A stretch of DNA of 64,000 nt, from NCBI GenBank assembly GCA_036566425.1, contig DATCWI010000086.1, positions 9,997 to 73,996 on the forward strand, read 5' to 3'. Source of the stretch: Nitrososphaera sp. Its GTDB lineage: Archaea; Thermoproteota; Nitrososphaeria; Nitrososphaerales; Nitrososphaeraceae. Numbering within the stretch: position 1 is the first letter of the stretch; the number at the start of each line of letters is the position of its first letter. Positions 39,216 to 48,226 of this stretch are shown piece after piece. Under the pieces are notes generated by a model. It was not told the origin of the DNA. It was given only the letters and a program-made list of their open reading frames with translations, and searched no databases. The translations under genes and the position numbers were made by a program.

Positions 39216-39625
39216 GAGAATCAAGACGATAAGTTAAAAGAATGAAAACCTTGAGCGGATTAGGATAAAGACAATGCGATAAATGAGTTAGATGTAGCAA
39301 GAAGAAATTGTAAATATTGCTTTTGATACTGTTTCTTACAAATGTCAGAAATTGATTGATCTTTTTGAATAATTTTTAAAATGCCTGCCCCTGTCGACTA
39401 TTAATTAAAGCTGAGGTTAAGACTACTTAGGCATATTGAAAATTCTCTTCTCAAAGAAGAGTAATCTCTAATGGTTTGCCTATGTTTCTATAGACAAGGA
39501 TAAGATCATTTGCTCTATCGTCACTTGTGCGTATAAAACGTATCCTTAATTATATGAAAGAAATATCGTAGGAATGGAAATACCCATTTCATATATCTCC
39601 TAAATAGCACAGTTATTTCCAGAGC

Positions 39626-40810
39626 ATGCAACGGCTGGTCAGGCATAGAACGCCTATGCTTGCGGTAGTGTTAGCAGTATTAGTTGCATTATCATCCACG
39701 TTAATGATGTTAATTACCATGGGACAACAAGAAGAAACACCCATACAACAGGAAAAAAAATTGCAGGATGATAACCAATTAATTGCGAGAACCCATGCAA
39801 AGGGTAAAGCACATTTTGGACTCGGAATTCTGAATCCGATAGATCATAAGATCTTGCCTGTCTTCAATAGCGAAGATAGTGCAACTAATGCTACATTTAC
39901 CCCGGCCACTGCGACTAGTATTGCAAATAGCAAAGCAAATACTACTTTTGCTACTGCAACTACAACTAGTATTGCAAATGACAATGAAAACAATAACAAC
40001 AATGCTAATGCCAAGGCTAATACTAATAATCTCGATACAGGCACAAGTAAAGAAAATATGAAGAATAATGACGTTTCTGTCGTTGACGCTAATTCAAATA
40101 TTTTTGTAAACCCTAAAGACAGTCCTACAACTGTTGCATCTTGTGGTCAGGTGATAACTAGAGATGTCATACTGTTAAAAGACATTGAATGTCCTGGAGT
40201 TGGGATGATTGTAGGCACCGATGGAATAACCATAAACCTCAATAATCACAGATTATCTTTGGCTAATAATACCGACACGTCAAGAATTCCTAAAATAGAA
40301 GAGATCGGGATACTGGTTCCAGGTAAAAATAATACAACAATCCGAGGACCTGGTGCTATCATGGGTTTTGACAAAGCTATTGAATTTGCAGGGAGCGGAA
40401 GAGGATATGTATTAGATCTCAAATTAACCGATAATAATATAGGTTTATCGTTGAAAGCCTCCGATGAAATTACAATTTATAGAAGTTTCATTGAGGGAAA
40501 TACAATTGGTATAGCTTCTCAATCAAGCAAGGAAGGATTGATTATGAGTAATCAGATGTCCGAAAATACTAATGAAGGAATTGTGATAATGGATTCTAAG
40601 TATTTTATAATAGGTGCCAACAGCTTAATTGGAAATGGCAATATTGGCATATTCTTGGATGTAAGCAGCTTCAACAATACCATATCGTCTAATAATGTAC
40701 TCAACCATGTTGTCGATATCAGCAATGCTGATGGGATACCAATTCACATATCGATGAATGAATTTTTTGAAAACCGTTGTGGTAAAGCACTTCCTGATGG
40801 AATATGCTAG
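39626..40810 (+). CDS. Secreted/membrane-anchored right-handed beta-helix (NosD/CASH-like) protein
   Basis: N-terminal hydrophobic helix; Asn/Thr-rich linker; 'SCGQVITRDVILLKDIEC', 'INLNNH'; ends 'CGKALPDGIC'. Paralog of 37583-38593. Confidence 0.8.
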   Translation: MQRLVRHRTPMLAVVLAVLVALSSTLMMLITMGQQEETPIQQEKKLQDDNQLIARTHAKGKAHFGLGILNPIDHKILPVFNSEDSATNATFTPATATSIANSKANTTFATATTTSIANDNENNNNNANAKANTNNLDTGTSKENMKNNDVSVVDANSNIFVNPKDSPTTVASCGQVITRDVILLKDIECPGVGMIVGTDGITINLNNHRLSLANNTDTSRIPKIEEIGILVPGKNNTTIRGPGAIMGFDKAIEFAGSGRGYVLDLKLTDNNIGLSLKASDEITIYRSFIEGNTIGIASQSSKEGLIMSNQMSENTNEGIVIMDSKYFIIGANSLIGNGNIGIFLDVSSFNNTISSNNVLNHVVDISNADGIPIHISMNEFFENRCGKALPDGIC

Positions 40811-40839
40811 CGATATTAAGACATAGGAAAAAAGCCTTG

Positions 40840-41088
40840 TTATAGCTCTGTATCTAGCTCTTCGAAGGCCCCTGCCTTAGATATCTCATGAAGACGCATG
40901 GCGACCATCCTTCTATACTCTTTCATATCGAGTATGCCTTTTTCGTCCAATATTTCTACAAGAGTTGTAAGACGAGCGCTCAGCTCTTCGATTTCATTCA
41001 GATCCTTGCCAGTTATCTTTTTTGGCTCGACCAAGTCGTCACCGTCAGCGCCATGCTCTCGATGACGATTTGTCCTCTTGCTTCGCAT
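40840..41088 (-). CDS. Small hypothetical protein
   Basis: 82-aa helical ORF ('RLTTLVEILDEKGILD'). Confidence 0.6.
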   Translation of the reverse strand: MRSKRTNRHREHGADGDDLVEPKKITGKDLNEIEELSARLTTLVEILDEKGILDMKEYRRMVAMRLHEISKAGAFEELDTEL

Positions 41089-41261
41089 ATGTTGTTAGAT
41101 ACATACAAGTCGCAAGTATTTAATTATCCACTAAGTAGCAGAATCTATCCGTTAATATTGTCATGTGGCCCCTTCTGATTGGGGGTATCTAACTAATTCC
41201 TCAAAAAGATAGACACATGATTATTCTCTTAAATATTATATTTTTTCATTGTCTCTGTAAG

Positions 41262-41627
41262 GTGTCAGCTGATCCTATAGTCAGGGAGCTAGAGTGGTAT
41301 CTGCGTGATCATCTCTTTAGACAATCAAACGCAGGCAAGACCTCATTTAGAAGAGAGTTATTACCAAACGAAATGAAGGCCCTTTATCTACGATATAGGA
41401 ACTCAGACTCTGATCAATTATCAAATATAATGACCTCAGTCATTGAAATCCTGACCGAAGAAAAGGTTTTGAGGCAGGATCGTAACGAGCTGAAGCTGTT
41501 AGGCAAGATGACACGACTGCAATGCGTAAAATGTTTCTATATAAATTACCTTGCAGTAGCTGAGCCGCGGGCATGCCTTCGGTGTCGGCACAAGGATCTA
41601 CAAGATTTCCCGAGGAAAAAGGCATAA
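41262..41627 (+). CDS. Hypothetical protein with C-terminal Zn ribbon
   Basis: 'CVKC..CLRC'. GTG at 41262 preferred over the upstream ATG. Confidence 0.65.
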   Translation: MSADPIVRELEWYLRDHLFRQSNAGKTSFRRELLPNEMKALYLRYRNSDSDQLSNIMTSVIEILTEEKVLRQDRNELKLLGKMTRLQCVKCFYINYLAVAEPRACLRCRHKDLQDFPRKKA

Positions 41628-41899
41628 ACACCGTCTGCGTTAGTAGCAGTAGCAGTAGAGATATCTTGTGCTAGTATGATCTAGCGTCTTGAATAACAAA
41701 GTTGAGTATCTGCCACACTATAAATTAAATTAATTGAAATACCTCTTAAGAGAGAGTCCTGTTTTATACTTCTTACCCTTAAGCATTTGCCTTTGATTAT
41801 GAAGAACCCCATTTAGTTTCTTAATTCCTATACTATTAGACTATATTCGCGACAATCGAGAAAGCTTGATATGAACTTGAGTAGGGCCCTCTAAGCATA

Positions 41900-43219
41900 G
41901 TGCAACTGCAAAGTAGGAAGAAGTGGACGGTCAACGGCACATCAAGAATTAAGCCAGCCCACGAGACTTTGAATAATGTGATGCCTATATCAAAAAAGAT
42001 AGGCGTCACTAGACTTGCTGACATTACCGATATGGATGTTCTGCGCATCCCAAATTATTCTGCAGTGGTACCTGGTACTGAAGACTATATCTGGGTCTAT
42101 AGTGGAAAAGGCCCAACAAAGCGTCATGCAATGGCAAGCGCGCTGATGGAAAGCATTGAACGTTACTCATCACTGCCGTCAGGCTGGTTAGGCAAATTTG
42201 TCCGGTCAAGCTATTCAGAGTTGTCAAAGACCCACAAGGTGCTGCATCCTGACAAGATAGTAGAGCCAATGAGATTTGTATACCACACTAACATGATGAT
42301 GGACTGGCTGCCTGGGCATGACCTTGTAAGCGGCGAGGAAATAATGGTGCCTGCATCCATTGCGTTATTTCGGTATACTCCACCTCCGCCAGCTATCAAT
42401 CCCTTTTCGTATTTTCATACAAATGGTCTTGCCTCGGGCAATGTAATGGAAGAGGCAGTATGCCACGCGCTATGTGAGGTGATAGAGCGAGACGCAATGA
42501 GCCTGGCAGACCTACGCGCAAGCGCCATTCCATTCCACATCTTGCGCACAATTGTACATTCTCTAAATGCTGCAGCATTTTCAGTGTCGCCCCTTCTGAG
42601 TGACAGGTTTGTCGATGATCCAAGCATATTCTCTGACATCGATATTGAAGAAATTAACTTTGAGCCTGTAAAGAGCTTGGTTGAAAAGTTCAGACAGGCT
42701 GGCATTTCTCTTATGGTAAAGGATATTACCTCCGATATTGGCATTCCAACATTTAATGCTAGTAGCGTAGAGTGGATCAGTCACGACTATGGGTACCTTG
42801 CAGAGGGGCATGGGACACATCCTGATGCAAGGATAGCACTTCTTCGTGCAATCACGGAAGTATCACAAACTAGAGCTGCAAACATCCAAGGAGCAAGAGA
42901 TGACCTTCGAAAGATCAAGTATAATGACGAGAATACTGACGATAGACGCGCTTGGCAGTTTCTGCGATCAACAAAAAAGATTAAATTCTCAGAAGTACCG
43001 ACATTCTTTAACGAAGATATTCTCGATGATATCAATTTGATTCTCTATCGGCTAAAGAATGTGGGACTGAACCAGGTAATAATCGTCGACTTGACAAATC
43101 AGGATATTGGAATTCCCGTAGTGAGGGCAATAGTACCGGGGCTTGAGACCTTCAAGATAACAAAGTCGGTTATGGGCCTGCGGGCAAGGTCGTGTTTTAA
43201 ACAATGGACAAGCCAATAA
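41900..43219 (+). CDS. ycaO: YcaO-family ATP-dependent backbone-amide activating enzyme (TfuA-associated thioamide type)
   Basis: 'GVTRLADIT.MD', 'SALMESIERYS', 'TNGLASGN..EEA..HALCEVIERDA', 'RAITEVSQTR', 'IPVVRAIVPGLE'. Confidence 0.93.
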   Translation: MQLQSRKKWTVNGTSRIKPAHETLNNVMPISKKIGVTRLADITDMDVLRIPNYSAVVPGTEDYIWVYSGKGPTKRHAMASALMESIERYSSLPSGWLGKFVRSSYSELSKTHKVLHPDKIVEPMRFVYHTNMMMDWLPGHDLVSGEEIMVPASIALFRYTPPPPAINPFSYFHTNGLASGNVMEEAVCHALCEVIERDAMSLADLRASAIPFHILRTIVHSLNAAAFSVSPLLSDRFVDDPSIFSDIDIEEINFEPVKSLVEKFRQAGISLMVKDITSDIGIPTFNASSVEWISHDYGYLAEGHGTHPDARIALLRAITEVSQTRAANIQGARDDLRKIKYNDENTDDRRAWQFLRSTKKIKFSEVPTFFNEDILDDINLILYRLKNVGLNQVIIVDLTNQDIGIPVVRAIVPGLETFKITKSVMGLRARSCFKQWTSQ

Positions 43220-43893
43220 TATTTCTAGGACCTTCACTGAGCCGTGAAAAAGCAAAGAAAATCTTTGACGCCGATTATAGACCACCTGCAAGAAAAGGCG
43301 ACTTTTTGCGACTAGCTGCAGATTTTGATGCAGGAGAAATCGCAGTTGGGTTTGTCGATGGCGTATTCCTCCAAGACTATCCACCCACCCCGATCGAAGT
43401 GTATCATTTGATAAGAAAGAATGGAGTATTGTTGGTAGGTGCAGCAAGTTTAGGCGCATTGAGGGCAGTTGAGCTTGAAAAGTTTGGAATGGTAGGGATC
43501 GGCAAGATATTTCAACTTTATAAGAGTGGCAAGCTTAATGCAGACGATGAAGTAGCAGTCACATTTGCTCCTGAGGGAGATTATAGGTTACAATCTGAGG
43601 CTATGGTAGACATACGATATAATCTCTACCTCGCGCACAAAAACAAAGTTATCAGCAGAAACGCAAAACGTGCGCTTGTCAAACTATCAAAAGAGATTTA
43701 CTTTCCACATCGAAAATACACATACATTCTCGAAGAAGCAAAGAATAGATATCCTAACCTTGAAAGCGAGATTGACTCTTTCGGCAGGTATATTAGGTCA
43801 CATAGAAAGAGCTTGAAGGAAATTGATGCAATAAGACTTGTAAATTATCTTAAGGAGCGATATGAGTCTGCTGATACTAATTCGATGCGATAG
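43204..43893 (+). CDS. tfuA: TfuA-like protein
   Basis: 'IFLGPSL', 'PPARKGD', 'DGVF', 'GAASLGALRAVEL', 'GMVGIGKIF', 'DDEVAV'; overlaps the ycaO stop. Confidence 0.93.
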   Translation: MDKPIIFLGPSLSREKAKKIFDADYRPPARKGDFLRLAADFDAGEIAVGFVDGVFLQDYPPTPIEVYHLIRKNGVLLVGAASLGALRAVELEKFGMVGIGKIFQLYKSGKLNADDEVAVTFAPEGDYRLQSEAMVDIRYNLYLAHKNKVISRNAKRALVKLSKEIYFPHRKYTYILEEAKNRYPNLESEIDSFGRYIRSHRKSLKEIDAIRLVNYLKERYESADTNSMR

Positions 43894-44251
43894 CTGCATC
43901 TATCTGATTGACTAGGTTTGATATACTGACTGGTTTTCTGATAAATGCCTTGACATCTATTGTGGGAAACATCTTTCTGAACTCTTCGTAATAGATTTGA
44001 AATGCGGTCAGAAAGCAGACCTTGACGCTGGTGTCTCTCTTCTTCAACTGTCTGTACAAATCAAAGCCGTTTATTCTAGGCATCCTGATATCGATTATCA
44101 TAAGGTCATAATACTTAGGTTGGAAGCTTGCAAGGGCTGCGTGTGGATCATTGAAGGTATCTACAGCAAAGCCATGGCGCTCAAGTCCTTTCTTAAGGAC
44201 GTTAGTAATGTCAGGCTCGTCATCCACTACGGCTATCCTTTTCATGAACAC
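43877..44251 (-). CDS. Stand-alone response regulator receiver
   Basis: 'VVDDE', 'IIDIRMP.INGF', 'FLTA', 'RKP'. Confidence 0.92.
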   Translation of the reverse strand: MFMKRIAVVDDEPDITNVLKKGLERHGFAVDTFNDPHAALASFQPKYYDLMIIDIRMPRINGFDLYRQLKKRDTSVKVCFLTAFQIYYEEFRKMFPTIDVKAFIRKPVSISNLVNQIDAAIASN

Positions 44252-44345
44252 ATAAAATTTTTGGAGGCACTATTTTAATTCAATGGTCTCTTTTTTATCC
44301 AACAAATACATTCTTAAATTGTCACTTGTTTTGCTCTAAAAGAGG

Positions 44346-44906
44346 ATGAAAATTTACACCAAGACAGGGGATAAGGGAGAAACTAGGCTTATCGGCGGTA
44401 AACTGGTCAATAAGTCAGATCTGCGAATAACTGCATACGGTGAAGTTGACGAGCTAAATTCTAGCATCGGTCTTGCAATTTCATTTCTGCACTCAAAAAA
44501 GGATCTACTTTCGGATATAGCAGATATCTTAGAGCAAGTGCAGAATGACCTTTTCGTTCTTGGCTCAGATCTTGCAGACCCTTCTTGGCCACAGAGCGAT
44601 GGTAAGACGCCTCGCACCACCAAAAAAATGGCATCTGTGTTAGAGCCTGTTATTGACAGAATTGAGTCGGAACTTGAATCGATCACATTCTTTATCCTGC
44701 CCGGAGGAAGCGTAGAAGCATCATTTTTACATCTTAGTAGAGGAGTTGCACGTCGAGCAGAAAGAGCTGTTGTATCCCTTTCAAAGAACCAGTCAATAAA
44801 CCCTGCAATAATAGTATATCTTAACAGGCTCTCAGATCTCCTATTTGTGACAGCTCGATTGGTCAACAAGAGGCTGGGTATGCAGGATATACCTTGGAGA
44901 AAGTGA
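44346..44906 (+). CDS. pduO: ATP:cob(I)alamin adenosyltransferase, PduO type
   Basis: 'IYTKTGDKGET', 'YGEVDELNS', 'FILPGG', 'RRAER', 'YLNRLSD'. Confidence 0.95.
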   Translation: MKIYTKTGDKGETRLIGGKLVNKSDLRITAYGEVDELNSSIGLAISFLHSKKDLLSDIADILEQVQNDLFVLGSDLADPSWPQSDGKTPRTTKKMASVLEPVIDRIESELESITFFILPGGSVEASFLHLSRGVARRAERAVVSLSKNQSINPAIIVYLNRLSDLLFVTARLVNKRLGMQDIPWRK

Positions 44907-44984
44907 TTTTTCAGCACTCTTTCACCAATTGCAATGAATACTAACATTAAAATGGCTAAAGCTCATTTCGCCAAATTATAGGCC

Positions 44985-45164
44985 GTGGGCCAAATCTATA
45001 ATGTATTGATAATATTGGCCATCACTTTGTTGATGGCATTGACGACAACAATGCTTGCATATTTTGTCGATCTTTTGCCGCAAGCAGTTGATAACAATGT
45101 GTCAATAATAGGATCATCTAATAATGCATCTGCCAGCAGCGGTGGGTCAGTTCAAGACAATTAG
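44985..45164 (+). CDS. Possible small single-TM protein (59 aa; not in ORF track)
   Basis: GTG start: MGQIYNVLIILAITLLMALTTTMLAYFVDLLPQAVDNNVSIIGSSNNASASSGGSVQDN. Confidence 0.45.
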   Translation: MGQIYNVLIILAITLLMALTTTMLAYFVDLLPQAVDNNVSIIGSSNNASASSGGSVQDN

Positions 45165-45199
45165 ATTTAAAGTAGGTGTCGTCGCTCTCATGGGCAAGC

Positions 45200-45334
45200 A
45201 TGGCCAATGAAAAGGATAGCGTTAGTTGCCCTTACTGTGCCTCCAAGTTCGATTCCAAGGAAGAGCTTTCAAAGCATATAGACAGAATACACCATGGCTC
45301 AGGCCTTCTTGAAGGCGACTCAAGAAAATGGTAG
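45200..45334 (+). CDS. Small C2H2 zinc-finger protein (44 aa; not in ORF track)
   Basis: MANEKDSVSCPYCASKFDSKEELSKHIDRIHHGSGLLEGDSRKW fits C-x2-C-x3-F-x5-L-x2-H-x4-H; overlaps the next start codon. Confidence 0.8.
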   Translation: MANEKDSVSCPYCASKFDSKEELSKHIDRIHHGSGLLEGDSRKW

Positions 45335-45891
45335 CAGTAGATGACTTGTCTCTTTTTTTTCATTCAATTTTGCATCTCAAATCTGTCAGGCGCGCCGGCT
45401 GGGTCTCAAAGGTCAAAGTTGAAGACGCAGAGTCAGTTGCAGACCATACATTTTCAATGGCAACCATGGCAATGCTTTTGTCAGATATTTTGGGTTTTAA
45501 TACACACAGAGTAATCAAGATGGTCCTAATACATGACCTTGCGGAGTCGATAGTGGGCGACTATATGCCTGGTAATGCGACTGCTCGACAAAAATTAGTT
45601 AAAGAAAAAAAAGCAATGAAATACATTCTATCCACTCTTCCCAAAGAGATAAGAGAAGAGTATGAAAAGATCTGGCTTGAATATCTGCATAATAGGACTG
45701 AAATTGCTAGATTTGTACACAGGATAGATAAGCTGGAGATGGCACTGCAGGCTTATCAGTATTCAAAGCAGGGATACGCAGAAAAATTGCTGGCTCCTTT
45801 CTTTGAATCTGCAAGCAGCGCCATTGGTGACGCTAGTGACATTGTTAGTGAAATCCTAAAATCTTTAAGGCCTGCATCGGCCAAGAAATAG
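45328..45891 (+). CDS. HD-domain phosphohydrolase (YfbR/HDDC2-like)
   Basis: 'LKSVRRAGW', 'ESVADH', 'HDLAE', 'DKLE'. Confidence 0.9.
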   Translation: MVAVDDLSLFFHSILHLKSVRRAGWVSKVKVEDAESVADHTFSMATMAMLLSDILGFNTHRVIKMVLIHDLAESIVGDYMPGNATARQKLVKEKKAMKYILSTLPKEIREEYEKIWLEYLHNRTEIARFVHRIDKLEMALQAYQYSKQGYAEKLLAPFFESASSAIGDASDIVSEILKSLRPASAKK

Positions 45892-46220
45892 TGCATATGC
45901 AGTATTTCATGGCACTCAAAATAGGGGAAAAACGTGTAAAATCTGCACAAGAGTTGCTGACACGCTATGCAGGCCATGCCATGCCTGCTCTTGCCCTCAA
46001 AGACAACAAAAGCAACATCTGGGAGCCTGTAGGCGAAGAGACGCTTTACGCAGTGGTTAAGGAGGACGCCGGCTACATGATTGCCTTTTGCGACAGGAAG
46101 GGTATTGCAAAATCAATTGCACAGTGGTTTTCAGAGGATGTAAAGAATCAGATTATCGCCAAGATTAAGGCGGAGCAAAACATGCAGGAATACTTTGGTA
46201 AGCTGTCCCTTCCTATTTAG
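45891..46220 (+). CDS. Hypothetical protein
   Basis: 109-aa ORF overlapping the HD gene stop codon. Confidence 0.65.
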   Translation: MHMQYFMALKIGEKRVKSAQELLTRYAGHAMPALALKDNKSNIWEPVGEETLYAVVKEDAGYMIAFCDRKGIAKSIAQWFSEDVKNQIIAKIKAEQNMQEYFGKLSLPI

Positions 46221-46375
46221 CTAAGTTCATTACGACAATTTTGCTACAACATTAGCCTATGCTCCTCACTAGTAGAAGTAAGTTTCCTGAGCGCAGTCAA
46301 ACTAATGCTGAGAAAAAAGTATCTGCGACAAGATAATACTGCCAGCAGATATGGCTTTTATACCGAAATAAGCTT

Positions 46376-47656
46376 ATGAGCATAATCTTGGCAGATAGGT
46401 TCGAGCAGGAAATAGAGACAAGAGGACATCTTATTGATTCAATGATACTGACAAGAATCTTTGATGGTATCATGGATCTTCGGGGCGACTTTCAAGTTCT
46501 CGAATTCACAGTAGGCAAAAGGAAGAGTGATCCAAGTTACGCCAGACTGCTTGTAAAGGGAAAAAGTAAGGAACATCTTGAAAGCATCCTTGAACAAGTA
46601 TACAGGGAAGGCGCCCAGCCTGTGTCAGTGCAGGAGGTGAAGCTAGAGCCTGCTCCAAAGGATATGGTGATGCCTGACGACTTTTACAGCACCACAAATA
46701 ACACAACTCAAGTCTACTATGGCGGCCAATGGATAAATGTCGATAACATGATGATGGACAAATGCATTTCAGTGAACATCCAGCGCAAGATCGCCGAATG
46801 TAAGATGGTGCGCGACATTATTAGAGGTGACATGATCGTTGTAGGTGAACAGGGCGTCAAGATAATCCCACAGGAACGCCCACGCGAAGGTATTGACATT
46901 TTCCAGTTCATGAGTAGCGCAAGTTCTAGCGAGCGCCCTACTCAGCACATTGCCCGGAAAGTTGCAAGCGATATTTATAGTACAAGAAAGGAAGGCGGCA
47001 AGATGATTGTAGTGTCAGGGCCAGTGGTTGTACACTCTGGTGCAGCTGAAGCGCTTGCCTCTTTGATAAGGATGGGATATGTTGGCGGCCTTCTTGCAGG
47101 TAACGCGCTTGCAGTGCATGATGTTGAAAATGCGTTACTGGGTACCTCGCTGGGCATGCGAGTCAAGGACGGCACACTTGCAGTCAGAGGACATCGCAAC
47201 CATATGCAGGCCATCAACGAGGTTTTCAAAGCTGGTGGACTCAAGGCACTAGTTGAAAAAAGATTATTGAAAAGTGGCGTGATGTATGAGTGTATAAAAA
47301 ATGGTGTGCCTTTTGTACTTGCCGGGTCTATACGCGATGATGGTCCCTTACCTGATGTAATAACCGATATTGTTGAGGCACAACGTAAGTACAAGGAAGT
47401 GATTAAGGAAGCCAAACTGGTGCTGATGTTATCTACCATGCTACATTCTATTGCGGTAGGAAACATGCTATCTGCATCAGTCAAAGTAGTAGCAGTCGAC
47501 ATTAGCCAGCCAGTAGTGACCAAGCTAATCGATAGGGGAACTGCTCAGGCAATTGGAATTGTAACTGACGTGGGAGCGTTTCTGCATATAGTTGTAGAGC
47601 ACCTAAAGGAGATTGCTGCAACAGAAGAAAAAGAAAAAAATAATGATCAAAAATAA
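46376..47656 (+). CDS. TIGR00300-family (LOR/SDH-like) protein; putative ornithine cyclodeaminase
   Basis: 'GHLIDS', 'FYSTTN', 'FQFMSS..SSERP', 'GNALAVHD', 'LAGSIRDDGPLPD', 'TMLHSIAVGN'. Confidence 0.85.
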   Translation: MSIILADRFEQEIETRGHLIDSMILTRIFDGIMDLRGDFQVLEFTVGKRKSDPSYARLLVKGKSKEHLESILEQVYREGAQPVSVQEVKLEPAPKDMVMPDDFYSTTNNTTQVYYGGQWINVDNMMMDKCISVNIQRKIAECKMVRDIIRGDMIVVGEQGVKIIPQERPREGIDIFQFMSSASSSERPTQHIARKVASDIYSTRKEGGKMIVVSGPVVVHSGAAEALASLIRMGYVGGLLAGNALAVHDVENALLGTSLGMRVKDGTLAVRGHRNHMQAINEVFKAGGLKALVEKRLLKSGVMYECIKNGVPFVLAGSIRDDGPLPDVITDIVEAQRKYKEVIKEAKLVLMLSTMLHSIAVGNMLSASVKVVAVDISQPVVTKLIDRGTAQAIGIVTDVGAFLHIVVEHLKEIAATEEKEKNNDQK

Positions 47657-47687
47657 GTAATGTGCAAAAAGGAAGTAGTACTGTTGC

Positions 47688-47977
47688 ATGGTAGACAATC
47701 CTAATTACAAAAATCACCTGAAGCCTGAACAGTACGAGGTATGCTGGAATAAGGGCACTGAAGCTCCGTTTTCAGGAAAGTATCATGATTGCAAGGACAA
47801 GGCATCTACAAGTGTATATCTTCTGCGGCAATAGCCTATTTGCCTCTGAGGAGCTACGGTATGATAAGAATCGCGGTCATGTGTTGCCAAGTGTGGTACA
47901 CATTTGGGCATGTATTTGATGATGTACCAGAGCCAACTCGCCTGCGCTACTGCATCAATTCTTTATCTCTTTCATAG
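47688..47977 (+). pseudogene. msrB: Methionine-R-sulfoxide reductase remnant
   Basis: Fragments in shifting frames: 'LKPEQYEVCWNKGTEAPFSGKY', 'IYKC', 'CGNSLF', 'SYGMIR', 'GHVFDD.PEPT.LRYCINS'. The central GWPSF block is missing. Confidence 0.8.
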
Positions 47978-48226
47978 AGGGGAAAAATGAGGAAATGAAG
48001 AAGAATGCAAATGAATGAACCAGCAGTAGAAAGAACTTTTTGAAAATGTTACTATACAAGGACCCACTCCGTATATGATCCAAGAATTATTTTAGTGACA
48101 TGGGAATGTAGGTATATCTCTATGTTTCTTTAAGAGCAAAAAAGGCTATAAAGGTAGTTAAGAACTCTCTAGCAGAGGATCAATCGACAATTCATTATTA
48201 TTAGAGTGTATCGGAAGTAGCGGAAT

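Noticed and set aside
44354-44947. 197-aa minus-strand ORF, and many similar antisense ORFs in the track
   Set aside because: Shadow ORFs antisense to well-supported genes, with no recognisable motifs.
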